A DNA stretch of 64,000 nucleotides from Auanema rhodensis. Lineage: Eukaryota > Animalia > Nematoda. The stretch covers positions 1 to 64,000 of the forward strand of contig OZ059898.1 in NCBI GenBank assembly GCA_964057225.1. The letters run 5' to 3'. The notes under the pieces were generated by a model. The model was not told where the DNA came from. It saw only the letters and a list, made by a program, of their open reading frames with translations, and did not search any database. This document shows positions 26,401 to 41,300 of this stretch, in pieces (the stretch's first letter is position 1; every line of letters begins with the position of its first letter). The position numbers were made by a program, and so were the translations under genes.

Positions 26401-29392
26401 ACATGGGGAATCTAATTTTGAAAACCGCATCTCTTTATCTTTCACGTGAAGCGAGTTACATACCAAGTGCACATCACGTGTACATTTAATTAGCATAAAT
26501 TAAAGTTCACGTAAATTTCAAAGTCATGGTTACCATGAACCAATATCAATAAAAATTTGTTTTTAGACTAATATGGACATGGGGAATCTAATTTTGAAAA
26601 CCGCATCTCTTCATCTTTCACGTGAAGCGAGTTACATACCAAGTGCACATCACGTGTACATTTAATTAGCATAAATTAAAGTTCACGTAAATTTCAAAGT
26701 CATGGTTACCATGCACCAATATCAATAAAAATTTGTTTTTAGACTAATATGGACATGGGGAATCTAATTTTGAAAACCGAATCTCTTTATCTTTCACGTG
26801 AAGCGAGTTACATACCAAGTGCACATCACGTGTACATTTAATTAGCATAAATTAAAGTTCACGTAAATTTCAAAGTCATGGTTACCATGAAGCAATATCA
26901 ATAAAAATTTGTTTTTAGACTAATATGGACATGGGGAATCTAATTTTGAAAACCGCATCTCTTTATCTTTCACGTGAAGCGAGTTACATACCAAGTGCAC
27001 ATCACGTGTACATTTAATTAGCATAAATTAAAGTTCACGTAAATTTCAAAGTCATGGTTACCATGAAGCAATATCAATAAGAATTTGTTTTTAGACTAAT
27101 ATGGACATGGGGAATCTAATTTTGAAAACCGCATCTCTTTATCTTTCACGTGAAGCGAGTTACATACCAAGTGCACATCACGTGTACATTTAATAAGCAT
27201 AAATTAAAGTTCACGTAAATTTCAAAGTCATGGTTACCATGAACCAATATCAATAAAAATTTGTTTTTAGACTAATATGGACATGAGGAATCTAATTTTG
27301 AAAACCGCATTTCTTTATCTTTCACGTGAAGCGAGTTACATACCAAGTGCACATCACGTGTACATTTAATTAGCATAAATTAAAGTTCACGTAAATTTCA
27401 AAGTCATGGTTACCATGAAGCAATATCAATAAAAATTTGTTTTTAGACTAATATGGACATGGGGAATCTAATTTTGAAAACCGCATCTCTTTATCTTTCA
27501 CGTGAAGCGAGTTACATACCAAGTGCACATCACGTGTACATTTAATTAGCATAAATTAAAGTTCACGTAAATTTCAAAGTCATGGTTACCATGAAGCAAT
27601 ATCAATAAAAATTTGTTTTTAGACTAATATGGACATGGGGAATCTAATTTTGAAAACCGCATCTCTTTATCTTTCACGTGAAGCGAGTTACATACCAAGT
27701 GCACATCACGTGTACATTTAATTAGCATAAATTAAAGTTCACGTAAATTTCAAAGTCATGGTTACCATGAACCAATATCAATAAAAATTTGTTTTTAGAC
27801 TAATATGGACATGAGGAATCTAATTTTGAAAACCGCATTTCTTTATCTTTCACGTGAAGCGAGTTACATACCAAGTGCACATCACGTGTACATTTAATTA
27901 GCATAAATTAAAGTTCACGTAAATTTCAAAGTCATGGTTACCATGAAGCAATATCAATAAAAATTTGTTTTTAGACTAATATGGACATGGGGAATCTAAT
28001 TTTGAAAACCACATCTCTTTATCTTTCACGTGAAGCGAGTTACATACCAAGTGCACATCACGTGTACATTTAATTAGCATAAATTAAAGTTCACGTAAAT
28101 TTCAAAGTCATGGTTACCATGAACCAATATCAATAAAAATTTGTTTTTAGACTAATATGGACATGGGGAATCTAATTTTGAAAACCGCATCTCTTTATCT
28201 TTCACGTGAAGCGAGTTACATACCAAGTGCACATCACGTGTACATTTAATTAGCATAAATTAAAGTTCACGTAAATTTCAAAGTCATGGTTACCATGCAC
28301 CAATATCAATAAAAATTTGTTTTTAGACTAATATGGACATGGGGAATCTAATTTTGAAAACCGCATCTCTTTATCTTTCACGTGAAGCGAGTTACATACC
28401 AAGTGCACATCACGTGTACATTTAATTAGCATAAATTAAAGTTCACGTAAATTTCAAAGTCATGGTTACCATGAACCAATATCAATAAAAATTTGTTTTT
28501 AGACTAATATGGACATGAGGAATCTAATTTTGAAAACCGCATTTCTTTATCTTTCACGTGAAGCGAGTTACATACCAAGTGCACATCACGTGTACATTTA
28601 ATTAGCATAAATTAAAGTTCACGTAAATTTCAAAGTCATGGTTACCATGAAGCAATATCAATAAAAATTTGTTTTTAGACTAATATGGACATGGGGAATC
28701 TAATTTTGAAAACCGCATCTCTTTATCTTTCACGTGAAGCGAGTTACATACCAAGTGCACATCACGTGTACATTTAATTAGCATAAATTAAAGTTCACGT
28801 AAATTTCAAAGTCATGGTTACCATGAAGCAATATCAATAAAAATTTGTTTTTAGACTAATATGGACATGGGGAATCTAATTTTGAAAACCGCATCTCTTT
28901 ATCTTTCACGTGAAGCGAGTTACATACCAAGTGCACATCACGTGTACATTTAATTAGCATAAATTAAAGTTCACGTAAATTTCAAAGTCATGGTTACCAT
29001 GAACCAATATCAATAAAAATTTGTTTTTAGACTAATATGGACATGAGGAATCTAATTTTGAAAACCGCATTTCTTTATCTTTCACGTGAAGCGAGTTACA
29101 TACCAAGTGCACATCACGTGTACATTTAATTAGCATAAATTAAAGTTCACGTAAATTTCAAAGTCATGGTTACCATGAAGCAATATCAATAAAAATTTGT
29201 TTTTAGACTAATATGGACATGGGGAATCTAATTTTGAAAACCACATCTCTTTATCTTTCACGTGAAGCGAGTTACATACCAAGTGCACATCACGTGTACA
29301 TTTAATTAGCATAAATTAAAGTTCACGTAAATTTCAAAGTCATGGTTACCATGAACCAATATCAATAAAAATTTGTTTTTAGACTAATATGG
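20417..29392. repeat. 12-monomer (2112 bp) higher-order repeat domain with internal 3-, 7- and 8-monomer duplications
   Basis: The ordered marker set CCGAATC, AATAAGAATT, TAATAAGC, CATGAGG x2, CCACATC repeats. AATAAGAATT is at 20921/24969/27081 and CCACATC at 21851/25899/28011/29243. Confidence 0.88.
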
Positions 29393-32384
29393 ACATGGGG
29401 AATCTAATTTTGAAAACCGCATCTCTTTATCTTTCACGTGAAGCGAGTTACATACCAAGTGCACATCACGTGTACATTTAATTAGCATAAATTAAAGTTC
29501 ACGTAAATTTCAAAGTCATGGTTACCATGCACCAATATCAATAAAAATTTGTTTTTAGACTAATATGGACATGGGGAATCTAATTTTGAAAACCGCATCT
29601 CTTTATCTTTCACGTGAAGCGAGTTACATACCAAGTGCACATCACGTGTACATTTAATTAGCATAAATTAAAGTTCACGTAAATTTCAAAGTCATGGTTA
29701 CCATGCACCAATATCAATAAAAATTTGTTTTTAGACTAATATGGACATGGGGAATCTAATTTTGAAAACCGCATCTCTTTATCTTTCACGTGAAGCGAGT
29801 TACATACCAAGTGCACATCACGTGTACATTTAATTAGCATAAATTAAAGTTCACGTAAATTTCAAAGTCATGGTTACCATGAACCAATATCAATAAAAAT
29901 TTGTTTTTAGACTAATATGGACATGGGGAATCTAATTTTGAAAACCGCATCTCTTCATCTTTCACGTGAAGCGAGTTACATACCAAGTGCACATCACGTG
30001 TACATTTAATTAGCATAAATTAAAGTTCACGTAAATTTCAAAGTCATGGTTACCATGCACCAATATCAATAAAAATTTGTTTTTAGACTAATATGGACAT
30101 GGGGAATCTAATTTTGAAAACCGCATCTCTTTATCTTTCACGTGAAGCGAGTTACATACCAAGTGCACATCACGTGTACATTTAATTAGCATAAATTAAA
30201 GTTCACGTAAATTTCAAAGTCATGGTTACCATGAAGCAATATCAATAAAAATTTGTTTTTAGACTAATATGGACAGGGGGAATCTAATTTTGAAAACCGC
30301 ATCTCTTTATCTTTCACGTGAAGCGAGTTACATACCAAGTGCACATCACGTGTACATTTAATTAGCATAAATTAAAGTTCACGTAAATTTCAAAGTCATG
30401 GTTACCATGCACCAATATCAATAAAAATTTGTTTTTAGACTAATATGGACATGGGGAATCTAATTTTGAAAACCGCATCTCTTTATCTTTCACGTGAAGC
30501 GAGTTACATACCAAGTGCACATCACGTGTACATTTAATTAGCATAAATTAAAGTTCACGTAAATTTCAAAGTCATGGTTACCATGAACCAATATCAATAA
30601 AAATTTGTTTTTAGACTAATATGGACATGGGGAATCTAATTTTGAAAACCGCATCTCTTTATCTTTCACGTGAAGCGAGTTACATACCAAGTGCACATCA
30701 CGTGTACATTTAATTAGCATAAATTAAAGTTCACGTAAATTTCAAAGTCATGGTTACCATGCACCAATATCAATAAAAATTTGTTTTTAGACTAATATGG
30801 ACATGGGGAATCTAATTTTGAAAACCGCATCTCTTTATCTTTCACGTGAAGCGAGTTACATACCAAGTGCACATCACGTGTACATTTAATTAGCATAAAT
30901 TAAAGTTCACGTAAATTTCAAAGTCATGGTTACCATGAAGCAATATCAATAAAAATTTGTTTTTAGACTAATATGGACATGGGGAATCTAATTTTGAAAA
31001 CCGCATCTCTTCATCTTTCACGTGAAGCGAGTTACATACCAAGTGCACATCACGTGTACATTTAATTAGCATAAATTAAAGTTCACGTAAATTTCAAAGT
31101 CATGGTTACCATGAAGCAATATCAATAAAAATTTGTTTTTAGACTAATATGGACATGGGGAATCTAATTTTGAAAACCGCATCTCTTTATCTTTCACGTG
31201 AAGCGAGTTACATACCAAGTGCACATCACGTGTACATTTAATTAGCATAAATTAAAGTTCACGTAAATTTCAAAGTCATGGTTACCATGAACCAATATCA
31301 ATAAAAATTTGTTTTTAGACTAATATGGACATGGGGAATCTAATTTTGAAAACCGCATCTCTTTATCTTTCACGTGAAGCGAGTTACATACCAAGTGCAC
31401 ATCACGTGTACATTTAATTAGCATAAATTAAAGTTCACGTAAATTTCAAAGTCATGGTTACCATGCACCAATATCAATAAAAATTTGTTTTTAGACTAAT
31501 ATGGACATGGGGAATCTAATTTTGAAAACCGCATCTCTTTATCTTTCACGTGAAGCGAGTTACATACCAAGTGCACATCACGTGTACATTTAATTAGCAT
31601 AAATTAAAGTTCACGTAAATTTCAAAGTCATGGTTACCATGAACCAATATCAATAAAAATTTGTTTTTAGACTAATATGGACATGGGGAATCTAATTTTG
31701 AAAACCGCATCTCTTTATCTTTCACGTGAAGCGAGTTACATACCAAGTGCACATCACGTGTACATTTAATTAGCATAAATTAAAGTTCACGTAAATTTCA
31801 AAGTCATGGTTACCATGCACCAATATCAATAAAAATTTGTTTTTAAACTAATATGGACATGGGGAATCTAATTTTGAAAACCGCATCTTTTTATCTTTCA
31901 CGTGAAGCGAGTTACATACCAAGTGCACATCACGTGTACATTTAATTAGCATAAATTAAAGTTCACGTAAATTTCAAAGTCATGGTTACCATGCACCAAT
32001 ATCAATAAAAATTTGTTTTTAGACTAATATGGACATGGGGAATCTAATTTTGAAAACCGCATCTCTTCTTCTTTCACGTGAAGCGAGTTACATACCAAGT
32101 GCACATCACGTGTACATTTAATTAGCATTAATTAAAGTTCACGTAAATTTCAAAGTCATGGTTACCATGAACCAATATCAATAAAAATTTGTTTTTAGAC
32201 TAATATGGACATGGGGAATCTAATTTTGAAAACCGCATCTCTTTATCTTTCACGTGAAGCGAGTTACATACCAAGTGCACATCACGTGTACATTTAATTA
32301 GCATAAATTAAAGTTCACGTAAATTTCAAAGTCATGGTTACCATGAAGCAATATCAATAAAAATTGGTTTTTAGACTAATATGG

Positions 32385-35300
32385 ACATGGGGAATCTAAT
32401 TTTGAAAACCGCATCTCTTCATCTTTCACGTGAAGCGAGTTACATACCAAGTGCACATCACGTGTACATTTAATTAGCATAAATTTTCACGTAAATTTCA
32501 AAGTCATGGTTACCATGCACCAATATCAATAAAAATTTGTTTTTAGACTAATATGGACATGGGGAATCTAATTTTGAAAACCGCATCTCTTTATCTTTCA
32601 CGTGAAGCGAGTTACATACCAAGTGCACATCACGTGTACATTTAATTAGCATAAATTAAAGTTCACGTAAATTTCAAAGTCATGGTTACCATGAAGCAAT
32701 ATCAATAAAAATTTGTTTTTAGACTAATATGGACATGGGGAATCTAATTTTGAAAACCGCATCTCTTTATCTTTCACGTGAAGCGAGTTACATACCAAGT
32801 GCACATCACGTGTACATTTAATTAGCATAAATTAAAGTTCACGTAAATTTCAAAGTCATGGTTACCATGAAGCAATATCAATAAAAATTTGTTTTTAGAC
32901 TAATATGGACAGGGGGAATCTAATTTTGAAAACCGCATCTCTTTATCTTTCACGTGAAGCGAGTTACATACCAAGTGCACATCACGTGTACATTTAATTA
33001 GCATAAATTAAAGTTCACGTAAATTTCAAAGTCATGGTTACAATGAAGCAATATCAATAAAAATTTGTTTTTAGACTAATATGGACATGGGGAATCTAAT
33101 TTTGAAAACCGCATCTCTTTATCTTTCACGTGAAGCGAGTTACATACCAAGTGCACATCACGTGTACATTTAATTAGCATAAATTAAAGTTCACGTAAAT
33201 TTCAAAGTCATGGTTACCATGAACCAATATCAATAAAAATTTGTTTTTAGACTAATATGGACATGGAAAAATCTAATTTTGAAAACCGCATCTCTTTATC
33301 TTTCACGTGAAGCGAGTTACATACCAAGTGCACATCACGTGTACATTTAATTAGCATAAATTAAAGTTCACGTAAATTTCAAAGTCATGGTTACCATGCA
33401 CCAATATCAATAAAAATTTGTTTTTAGACTAATATGGACATGGGGAATCTAATTTTGAAAACCGCATCTCTTTATCTTTCACGTGAAGCGAGTTACATAC
33501 CAAGTGCACATCACGTGTACATTTAATTAGCATAAATTAAAGTTCACGTAAATTTCAAAGTCATGGTTACCATGAACCAATATCAATAAAAATTTGTTTT
33601 TAGACTAATATGGACATGGGGAATCTAATTTTGAAAACCGCATCTCTTCTTCTTTCACGTGAAGCGAGTTACATACCAAGTGCACATCACGTGTACATTT
33701 AATTAGCATAAATTAAAGTTCACGTAAATTTCAAAGTCATGGTTACCATGAACCAATATCAATAAAAATTTGTTTTTAGACTAATATGGACATGGGGAAT
33801 CTAATTTTGAAAACCGCATCTCTTTATCTTTCACGTGAAGCGAGTTACATACCAAGTGCACATCACGTGTACATTTAATTAGCATAAATTAAAATTCACG
33901 TAAATTTCAAAGTCATGGTTACCATGCACCAATATCAATAAAAATTTGTTTTTAAACTAATATGGACATGGGGAATCTAATTTTGAAAACCGCATCTCTT
34001 TATCTTTCACGTGAAGCGAGTTACATACCAAGTGCACATCACGTGTACATTTAATTAGCATAAATTAAAGTTCACGTAAATTTCAAAGTCATGGTTACCA
34101 TGAACCAATATCAATAAAAATTTGTTTTTAGACTAATATGGACATGGGGAATCTAATTTTGAAAACCGCATCTCTTTATCTTTCACGTGAAGCGAGTTAC
34201 ATACCAAGTGCACATCACGTGTACATTTAATTAGCATAAATTAAAGTTCACGTAAATTTCAAAGTCATGGTTACCATGAAGCAATATCAATAAAAATTGG
34301 TTTTTAGACTAATATGGACATGGGGAATCTAATTTTGAAAACCGCATCTCTTTATCTTTCACGTGAAGCGAGTTACATACCAAGTGCACATCACGTGTAC
34401 ATTTAATTAGCATAAATTAAAGTTCACGTAAATTTCAAAGTCATGGTTACCATGAAGCAATATCAATAAAAATTTGTTTTTAGACTAATATGGACATGGG
34501 GAATCTAATTTTGAAAACCGCATCTCTTTATCTTTCACGTGAAGCGAGTTACATACCAAGTGCACATCACGTGTACATTTAATTAGCATAAATTAAAGTT
34601 CACGTAAATTTCAAAGTCATGGTTACCATGAAGCAATATCAATAAAAATTTGTTTTTAGACTAATATGGACATGGAAAAATCTAATTTTGAAAACCGCAT
34701 CTCTTTATCTTTCACGTGAAGCGAGTTACATACCAAGTGCACATCACGTGTACATTTAATTAGCATAAATTAAAGTTCACGTAAATTTCAAAGTCATGGT
34801 TACCATGCACCAATATCAATAAAAATTTGTTTTTAGACTAATATGGACATGGGGAATCTAATTTTGAAAACCGCATCTCTTTATCTTTCACGTGAAGCGA
34901 GTTACATACCAAGTGCACATCACGTGTACATTTAATTAGCATAAATTAAAGTTCACGTAAATTTCAAAGTCATGGTTACCATGCACCAATATCAATAAAA
35001 ATTTGTTTTTAGACTAATATGGACATGGGGAATCTAATTTTGAAAACCGCATCTCTTTATCTTTCACGTGAAGCGAGTTACATACCAAGTGCACATCACG
35101 TGTACATTTAATTAGCATAAATTAAAGTTCACGTAAATTTCAAAGTCATGGTTACCATGAACCAATATCAATAAAAATTTGTTTTTAGACTAATATGGAC
35201 ATGGGGAATCTAATTTTGAAAACCGCATCTCTTCTTCTTTCACGTGAAGCGAGTTACATACCAAGTGCACATCACGTGTACATTTAATTAGCATAAATTA

Positions 35301-38300
35301 AAGTTCACGTAAATTTCAAAGTCATGGTTACCATGAACCAATATCAATAAAAATTTGTTTTTAGACTAATATGGACATGGGGAATCTAATTTTGAAAACC
35401 GCATCTCTTTATCTTTCACGTGAAGCGAGTTACATACCAAGTGCACATCACGTGTACATTTAATTAGCATAAATTAAAATTCACGTAAATTTCAAAGTCA
35501 TGGTTACCATGCACCAATATCAATAAAAATTTGTTTTTAAACTAATATGGACATGGGGAATCTAATTTTGAAAACCGCATCTCTTTATCTTTCACGTGAA
35601 GCGAGTTACATACCAAGTGCACATCACGTGTACATTTAATTAGCATAAATTAAAGTTCACGTAAATTTCAAAGTCATGGTTACCATGAACCTATATCAAT
35701 AAAAATTTGTTTTTAGACTAATATGGACATGGGGAATCTAATTTTGAAAACCGCATCTCTTTATCTTTCACGTGAAGCGAGTTACATACCAAGTGCACAT
35801 CACGTGTACATTTAATTAGCATAAATTAAAGTTCACGTAAATTTCAAAGTCATGGTTACCATGCACCAATATCAATAAAAATTTGTTTTTAGACTAATAT
35901 GGACATGGGGAATCTAATTTTGAAAACCGCATCTCTTTATCTTTCACGTGAAGCGAGTTACATACCAAGTGCACATCACGTGTACATTTAATTAGCATAA
36001 ATTAAAGTTCACGTAAATTTCAAAGTCATGGTTACCATGAAGCAATATCAATAAAAATTTGTTTTTAGACTAATATGGACATGGGGAATCTAATTTTGAA
36101 AACCGCATCTCTTTATCTTTCACGTGAAGCGAGTTACATACCAAGTGCACATCACGTGTACATTTAATTAGCATAAATTAAAGTTCACGTAAATTTCAAA
36201 GTCATGGTTACCATGAAGCAATATCAATAAAAATTGGTTTTTAGACTAATATGGACATGGGGAATCTAATTTTGAAAACCGCATCTCTTTATCTTTCACG
36301 TGAAGCGAGTTACATACCAAGTGCACATCACGTGTACATTTAATTAGCATAAATTAAAGTTCACGTAAATTTCAAAGTCATGGTTACCATGAAGCAATAT
36401 CAATAAAAATTTGTTTTTAGACTAATATGGACATGGGGAATCTAATTTTGAAAACCGCATCTCTTTATCTTTCACGTGAAGCGAGTTACATACCAAGTGC
36501 ACATCACGTGTACATTTAATTAGCATAAATTAAAGTTCACGTAAATTTCAAAGTCATGGTTACCATGAACCAATATCAATAAAAATTTGTTTTTAGACTA
36601 ATATGGACATGGAAAAATCTAATTTTGAAAACCGCATCTCTTTATCTTTCACGTGAAGCGAGTTACATACCAAGTGCACATCACGTGTACATTTAATTAG
36701 CATAAATTAAAGTTCACGTAAATTTCAAAGTCATGGTTACCATGCACCAATATCAATAAAAATTTGTTTTTAGACTAATATGGACATGGGGAATCTAATT
36801 TTGAAAACCGCATCTCTTTATCTTTCACGTGAAGCGAGTTACATACCAAGTGCACATCACGTGTACATTTAATTAGCATAAATTAAAGTTCACGTAAATT
36901 TCAAAGTCATGGTTACCATGAACCAATATCAATAAAAATTTGTTTTTAGACTAATATGGACATGGGGAATCTAATTTTGAAAACCGCATCTCTTCTTCTT
37001 TCACGTGAAGCGAGTTACATACCAAGTGCACATCACGTGTACATTTAATTAGCATAAATTAAAGTTCACGTAAATTTCAAAGTCATGGTTACCATGAACC
37101 AATATCAATAAAAATTTGTTTTTAGACTAATATGGACATGGGGAATCTAATTTTGAAAACCGCATCTCTTTATCTTTCACGTGAAGCGAGTTACATACCA
37201 AGTGCACATCACGTGTACATTTAATTAGCATAAATTAAAGTTCACGTAAATTTCAAAGTCATGGTTACCATGCACCAATATCAATAAAAATTTGTTTTTA
37301 AACTAATATGGACATGGGGAATCTAATTTTGAAAACCGCATCTCTTTATCTTTCACGTGAAGCGAGTTACATACCAAGTGCACATCACGTGTACATTTAA
37401 TTAGCATAAATTAAAGTTCACGTAAATTTCAAAGTCATGGTTACCATGCACCAATATCAATAAAAATTTGTTTTTAGACTAATATGGACATGGGGAATCT
37501 AATTTTGAAAACCGCATCTCTTTATCTTTCACGTGAAGCGAGTTACATACCAAGTGCACATCACGTGTACATTTAATTAGCATAAATTAAAGTTCACGTA
37601 AATTTCAAAGTCATGGTTACCATGAAGCAATATCAATAAAAATTTGTTTTTAGACTAATATGGACATGGGGAATCTAATTTTGAAAACCGCATCTCTTTA
37701 TCTTTCACGTGAAGCGAGTTACATACCAAGTGCACATCACGTGTACATTTAATTAGCATAAATTAAAGTTCACGTAAATTTCAAAGTCATGGTTACCATG
37801 AAGCAATATCAATAAAAATTGGTTTTTAGACTAATATGGACATGGGGAATCTAATTTTGAAAACCGCATCTCTTCATCTTTCACGTGAAGCGAGTTACAT
37901 ACCAAGTGCACATCACGTGTACATTTAATTAGCATAAATTTTCACGTAAATTTCAAAGTCATGGTTACCATGCACCAATATCAATAAAAATTTGTTTTTA
38001 GACTAATATGGACATGGGGAATCTAATTTTGAAAACCGCATCTCTTTATCTTTCACGTGAAGCGAGTTACATACCAAGTGCACATCACGTGTACATTTAA
38101 TTAGCATAAATTAAAGTTCACGTAAATTTCAAAGTCATGGTTACCATGAAGCAATATCAATAAAAATTTGTTTTCAGACTAATATGGACATGGGGAATCT
38201 AATTTTGAAAACCGCATCTCTTTATCTTTCACGTGAAGCGAGTTACATACCAAGTGCACATCACGTGTACATTTAATTAGCATAAATTAAAGTTCACGTA

Positions 38301-41300
38301 AATTTCAAAGTCATGGTTACCATGAAGCAATATCAATAAAAATTTGTTTTTAGACTAATATGGACAGGGGGAATCTAATTTTGAAAACCGCATCTCTTTA
38401 TCTTTCACGTGAAGCGAGTTACATACCAAGTGCACATCACGTGTACATTTAATTAGCATAAATTAAAGTTCACGTAAATTTCAAAGTCATGGTTACCATG
38501 AAGCAATATCAATAAAAATTTGTTTTTAGACTAATATGGACATGGGGAATCTAATTTTGAAAACCGCATCTCTTTATCTTTCACGTGAAGCGAGTTACAT
38601 ACCAAGTGCACATCACGTGTACATTTAATTAGCATAAATTAAAGTTCACGTAAATTTCAAAGTCATGGTTACCATGCACCAATATCAATAAAAATTTGTT
38701 TTTAGACTAATATGGACATGGGGAATCTAATTTTGAAAACCGCATCTCTTTATCTTTCACGTGAAGCGAGTTACATACCAAGTGCACATCACGTGTACAT
38801 TTAATTAGCATAAATTAAAGTTCACGTAAATTTCAAAGTCATGGTTACCATGAAGCAATATCAATAAAAATTTGTTTTTAGACTAATATGGACATGGGGA
38901 ATCTAATTTTGAAAACCGCATCTCTTTATCTTTCACGTGAAGCGAGTTACATACCAAGTGCACATCACGTGTACATTTAATTAGCATAAATTAAAGTTCA
39001 CGTAAATTTCAAAGTCATGGTTACCATGCACCAATATCAATAAAAATTTGTTTTTAAACTAATATGGACATGGGGAATCTAATTTTGAAAACCGCATCTC
39101 TTTATCTTTCACGTGAAGCGAGTTACATACCAAGTGCACATCACGTGTACATTTAATTAGCATAAATTAAAGTTCACGTAAATTTCAAAGTCATGGTTAC
39201 CATGCACCAATATCAATAAAAATTTGTTTTTAGACTAATATGGACATGGGGAATCTAATTTTGAAAACCGCATCTCTTTATCTTTCACGTGAAGCGAGTT
39301 ACATACCAAGTGCACATCACGTGTACATTTAATTAGCATAAATTAAAGTTCACGTAAATTTCAAAGTCATGGTTACCATGAAGCAATATCAATAAAAATT
39401 TGTTTTTAGACTAATATGGACATGGGGAATCTAATTTTGAAAACCGCATCTCTTTATCTTTCACGTGAAGCGAGTTACATACCAAGTGCACATCACGTGT
39501 ACATTTAATTAGCATAAATTAAAGTTCACGTAAATTTCAAAGTCATGGTTACCATGAAGCAATATCAATAAAAATTGGTTTTTAGACTAATATGGACATG
39601 GGGAATCTAATTTTGAAAACCGCATCTCTTCATCTTTCACGTGAAGCGAGTTACATACCAAGTGCACATCACGTGTACATTTAATTAGCATAAATTTTCA
39701 CGTAAATTTCAAAGTCATGGTTACCATGCACCAATATCAATAAAAATTTGTTTTTAGACTAATATGGACATGGGGAATCTAATTTTGAAAACCGCATCTC
39801 TTTATCTTTCACGTGAAGCGAGTTACATACCAAGTGCACATCACGTGTACATTTAATTAGCATAAATTAAAGTTCACGTAAATTTCAAAGTCATGGTTAC
39901 CATGAAGCAATATCAATAAAAATTTGTTTTCAGACTAATATGGACATGGGGAATCTAATTTTGAAAACCGCATCTCTTTATCTTTCACGTGAAGCGAGTT
40001 ACATACCAAGTGCACATCACGTGTACATTTAATTAGCATAAATTAAAGTTCACGTAAATTTCAAAGTCATGGTTACCATGAAGCAATATCAATAAAAATT
40101 TGTTTTTAGACTAATATGGACAGGGGGAATCTAATTTTGAAAACCGCATCTCTTTATCTTTCACGTGAAGCGAGTTACATACCAAGTGCACATCACGTGT
40201 ACATTTAATTAGCATAAATTAAAGTTCACGTAAATTTCAAAGTCATGGTTACCATGAAGCAATATCAATAAAAATTTGTTTTTAGACTAATATGGACATG
40301 GGGAATCTAATTTTGAAAACCGCATCTCTTTATCTTTCACGTGAAGCGAGTTACATACCAAGTGCACATCACGTGTACATTTAATTAGCATAAATTAAAG
40401 TTCACGTAAATTTCAAAGTCATGGTTACCATGCACCAATATCAATAAAAATTTGTTTTTAGACTAATATGGACATGGGGAATCTAATTTTGAAAACCGCA
40501 TCTCTTTATCTTTCACGTGAAGCGAGTTACATACCAAGTGCACATCACGTGTACATTTAATTAGCATAAATTAAAGTTCACGTAAATTTCAAAGTCATGG
40601 TTACCATGAAGCAATATCAATAAAAATTTGTTTTTAGACTAATATGGACATGGGGAATCTAATTTTGAAAACCGCATCTCTTTATCTTTCACGTGAAGCG
40701 AGTTACATACCAAGTGCACATCACGTGTACATTTAATTAGCATAAATTAAAGTTCACGTAAATTTCAAAGTCATGGTTACCATGAAGCAATATTAATAAA
40801 AATTGGTTTTTAGACTAATATGGACATGGGGAATCTAATTTTGAAAACCGCATCTCTTCATCTTTCACGTGAAGCGAGTTACATACCAAGTGCACATCAC
40901 GTGTACATTTAATTAGCATAAATTTTCACGTAAATTTCAAAGTCATGGTTACCATGCACCAATATCAATAAAAATTTGTTTTTAGACTAATATGGACATG
41001 GGGAATCTAATTTTGAAAACCGCATCTCTTTATCTTTCACGTGAAGCGAGTTACATACCAAGTGCACATCACGTGTACATTTAATTAGCATAAATTAAAG
41101 TTCACGTAAATTTCAAAGTCATGGTTACCATGAAGCAATATCAATAAAAATTTGTTTTCAGACTAATATGGACATGGGGAATCTAATTTTGAAAACCGCA
41201 TCTCTTTATCTTTCACGTGAAGCGAGTTACATACCAAGTGCACATCACGTGTACATTTAATTAGCATAAATTAAAGTTCACGTAAATTTCAAAGTCATGG

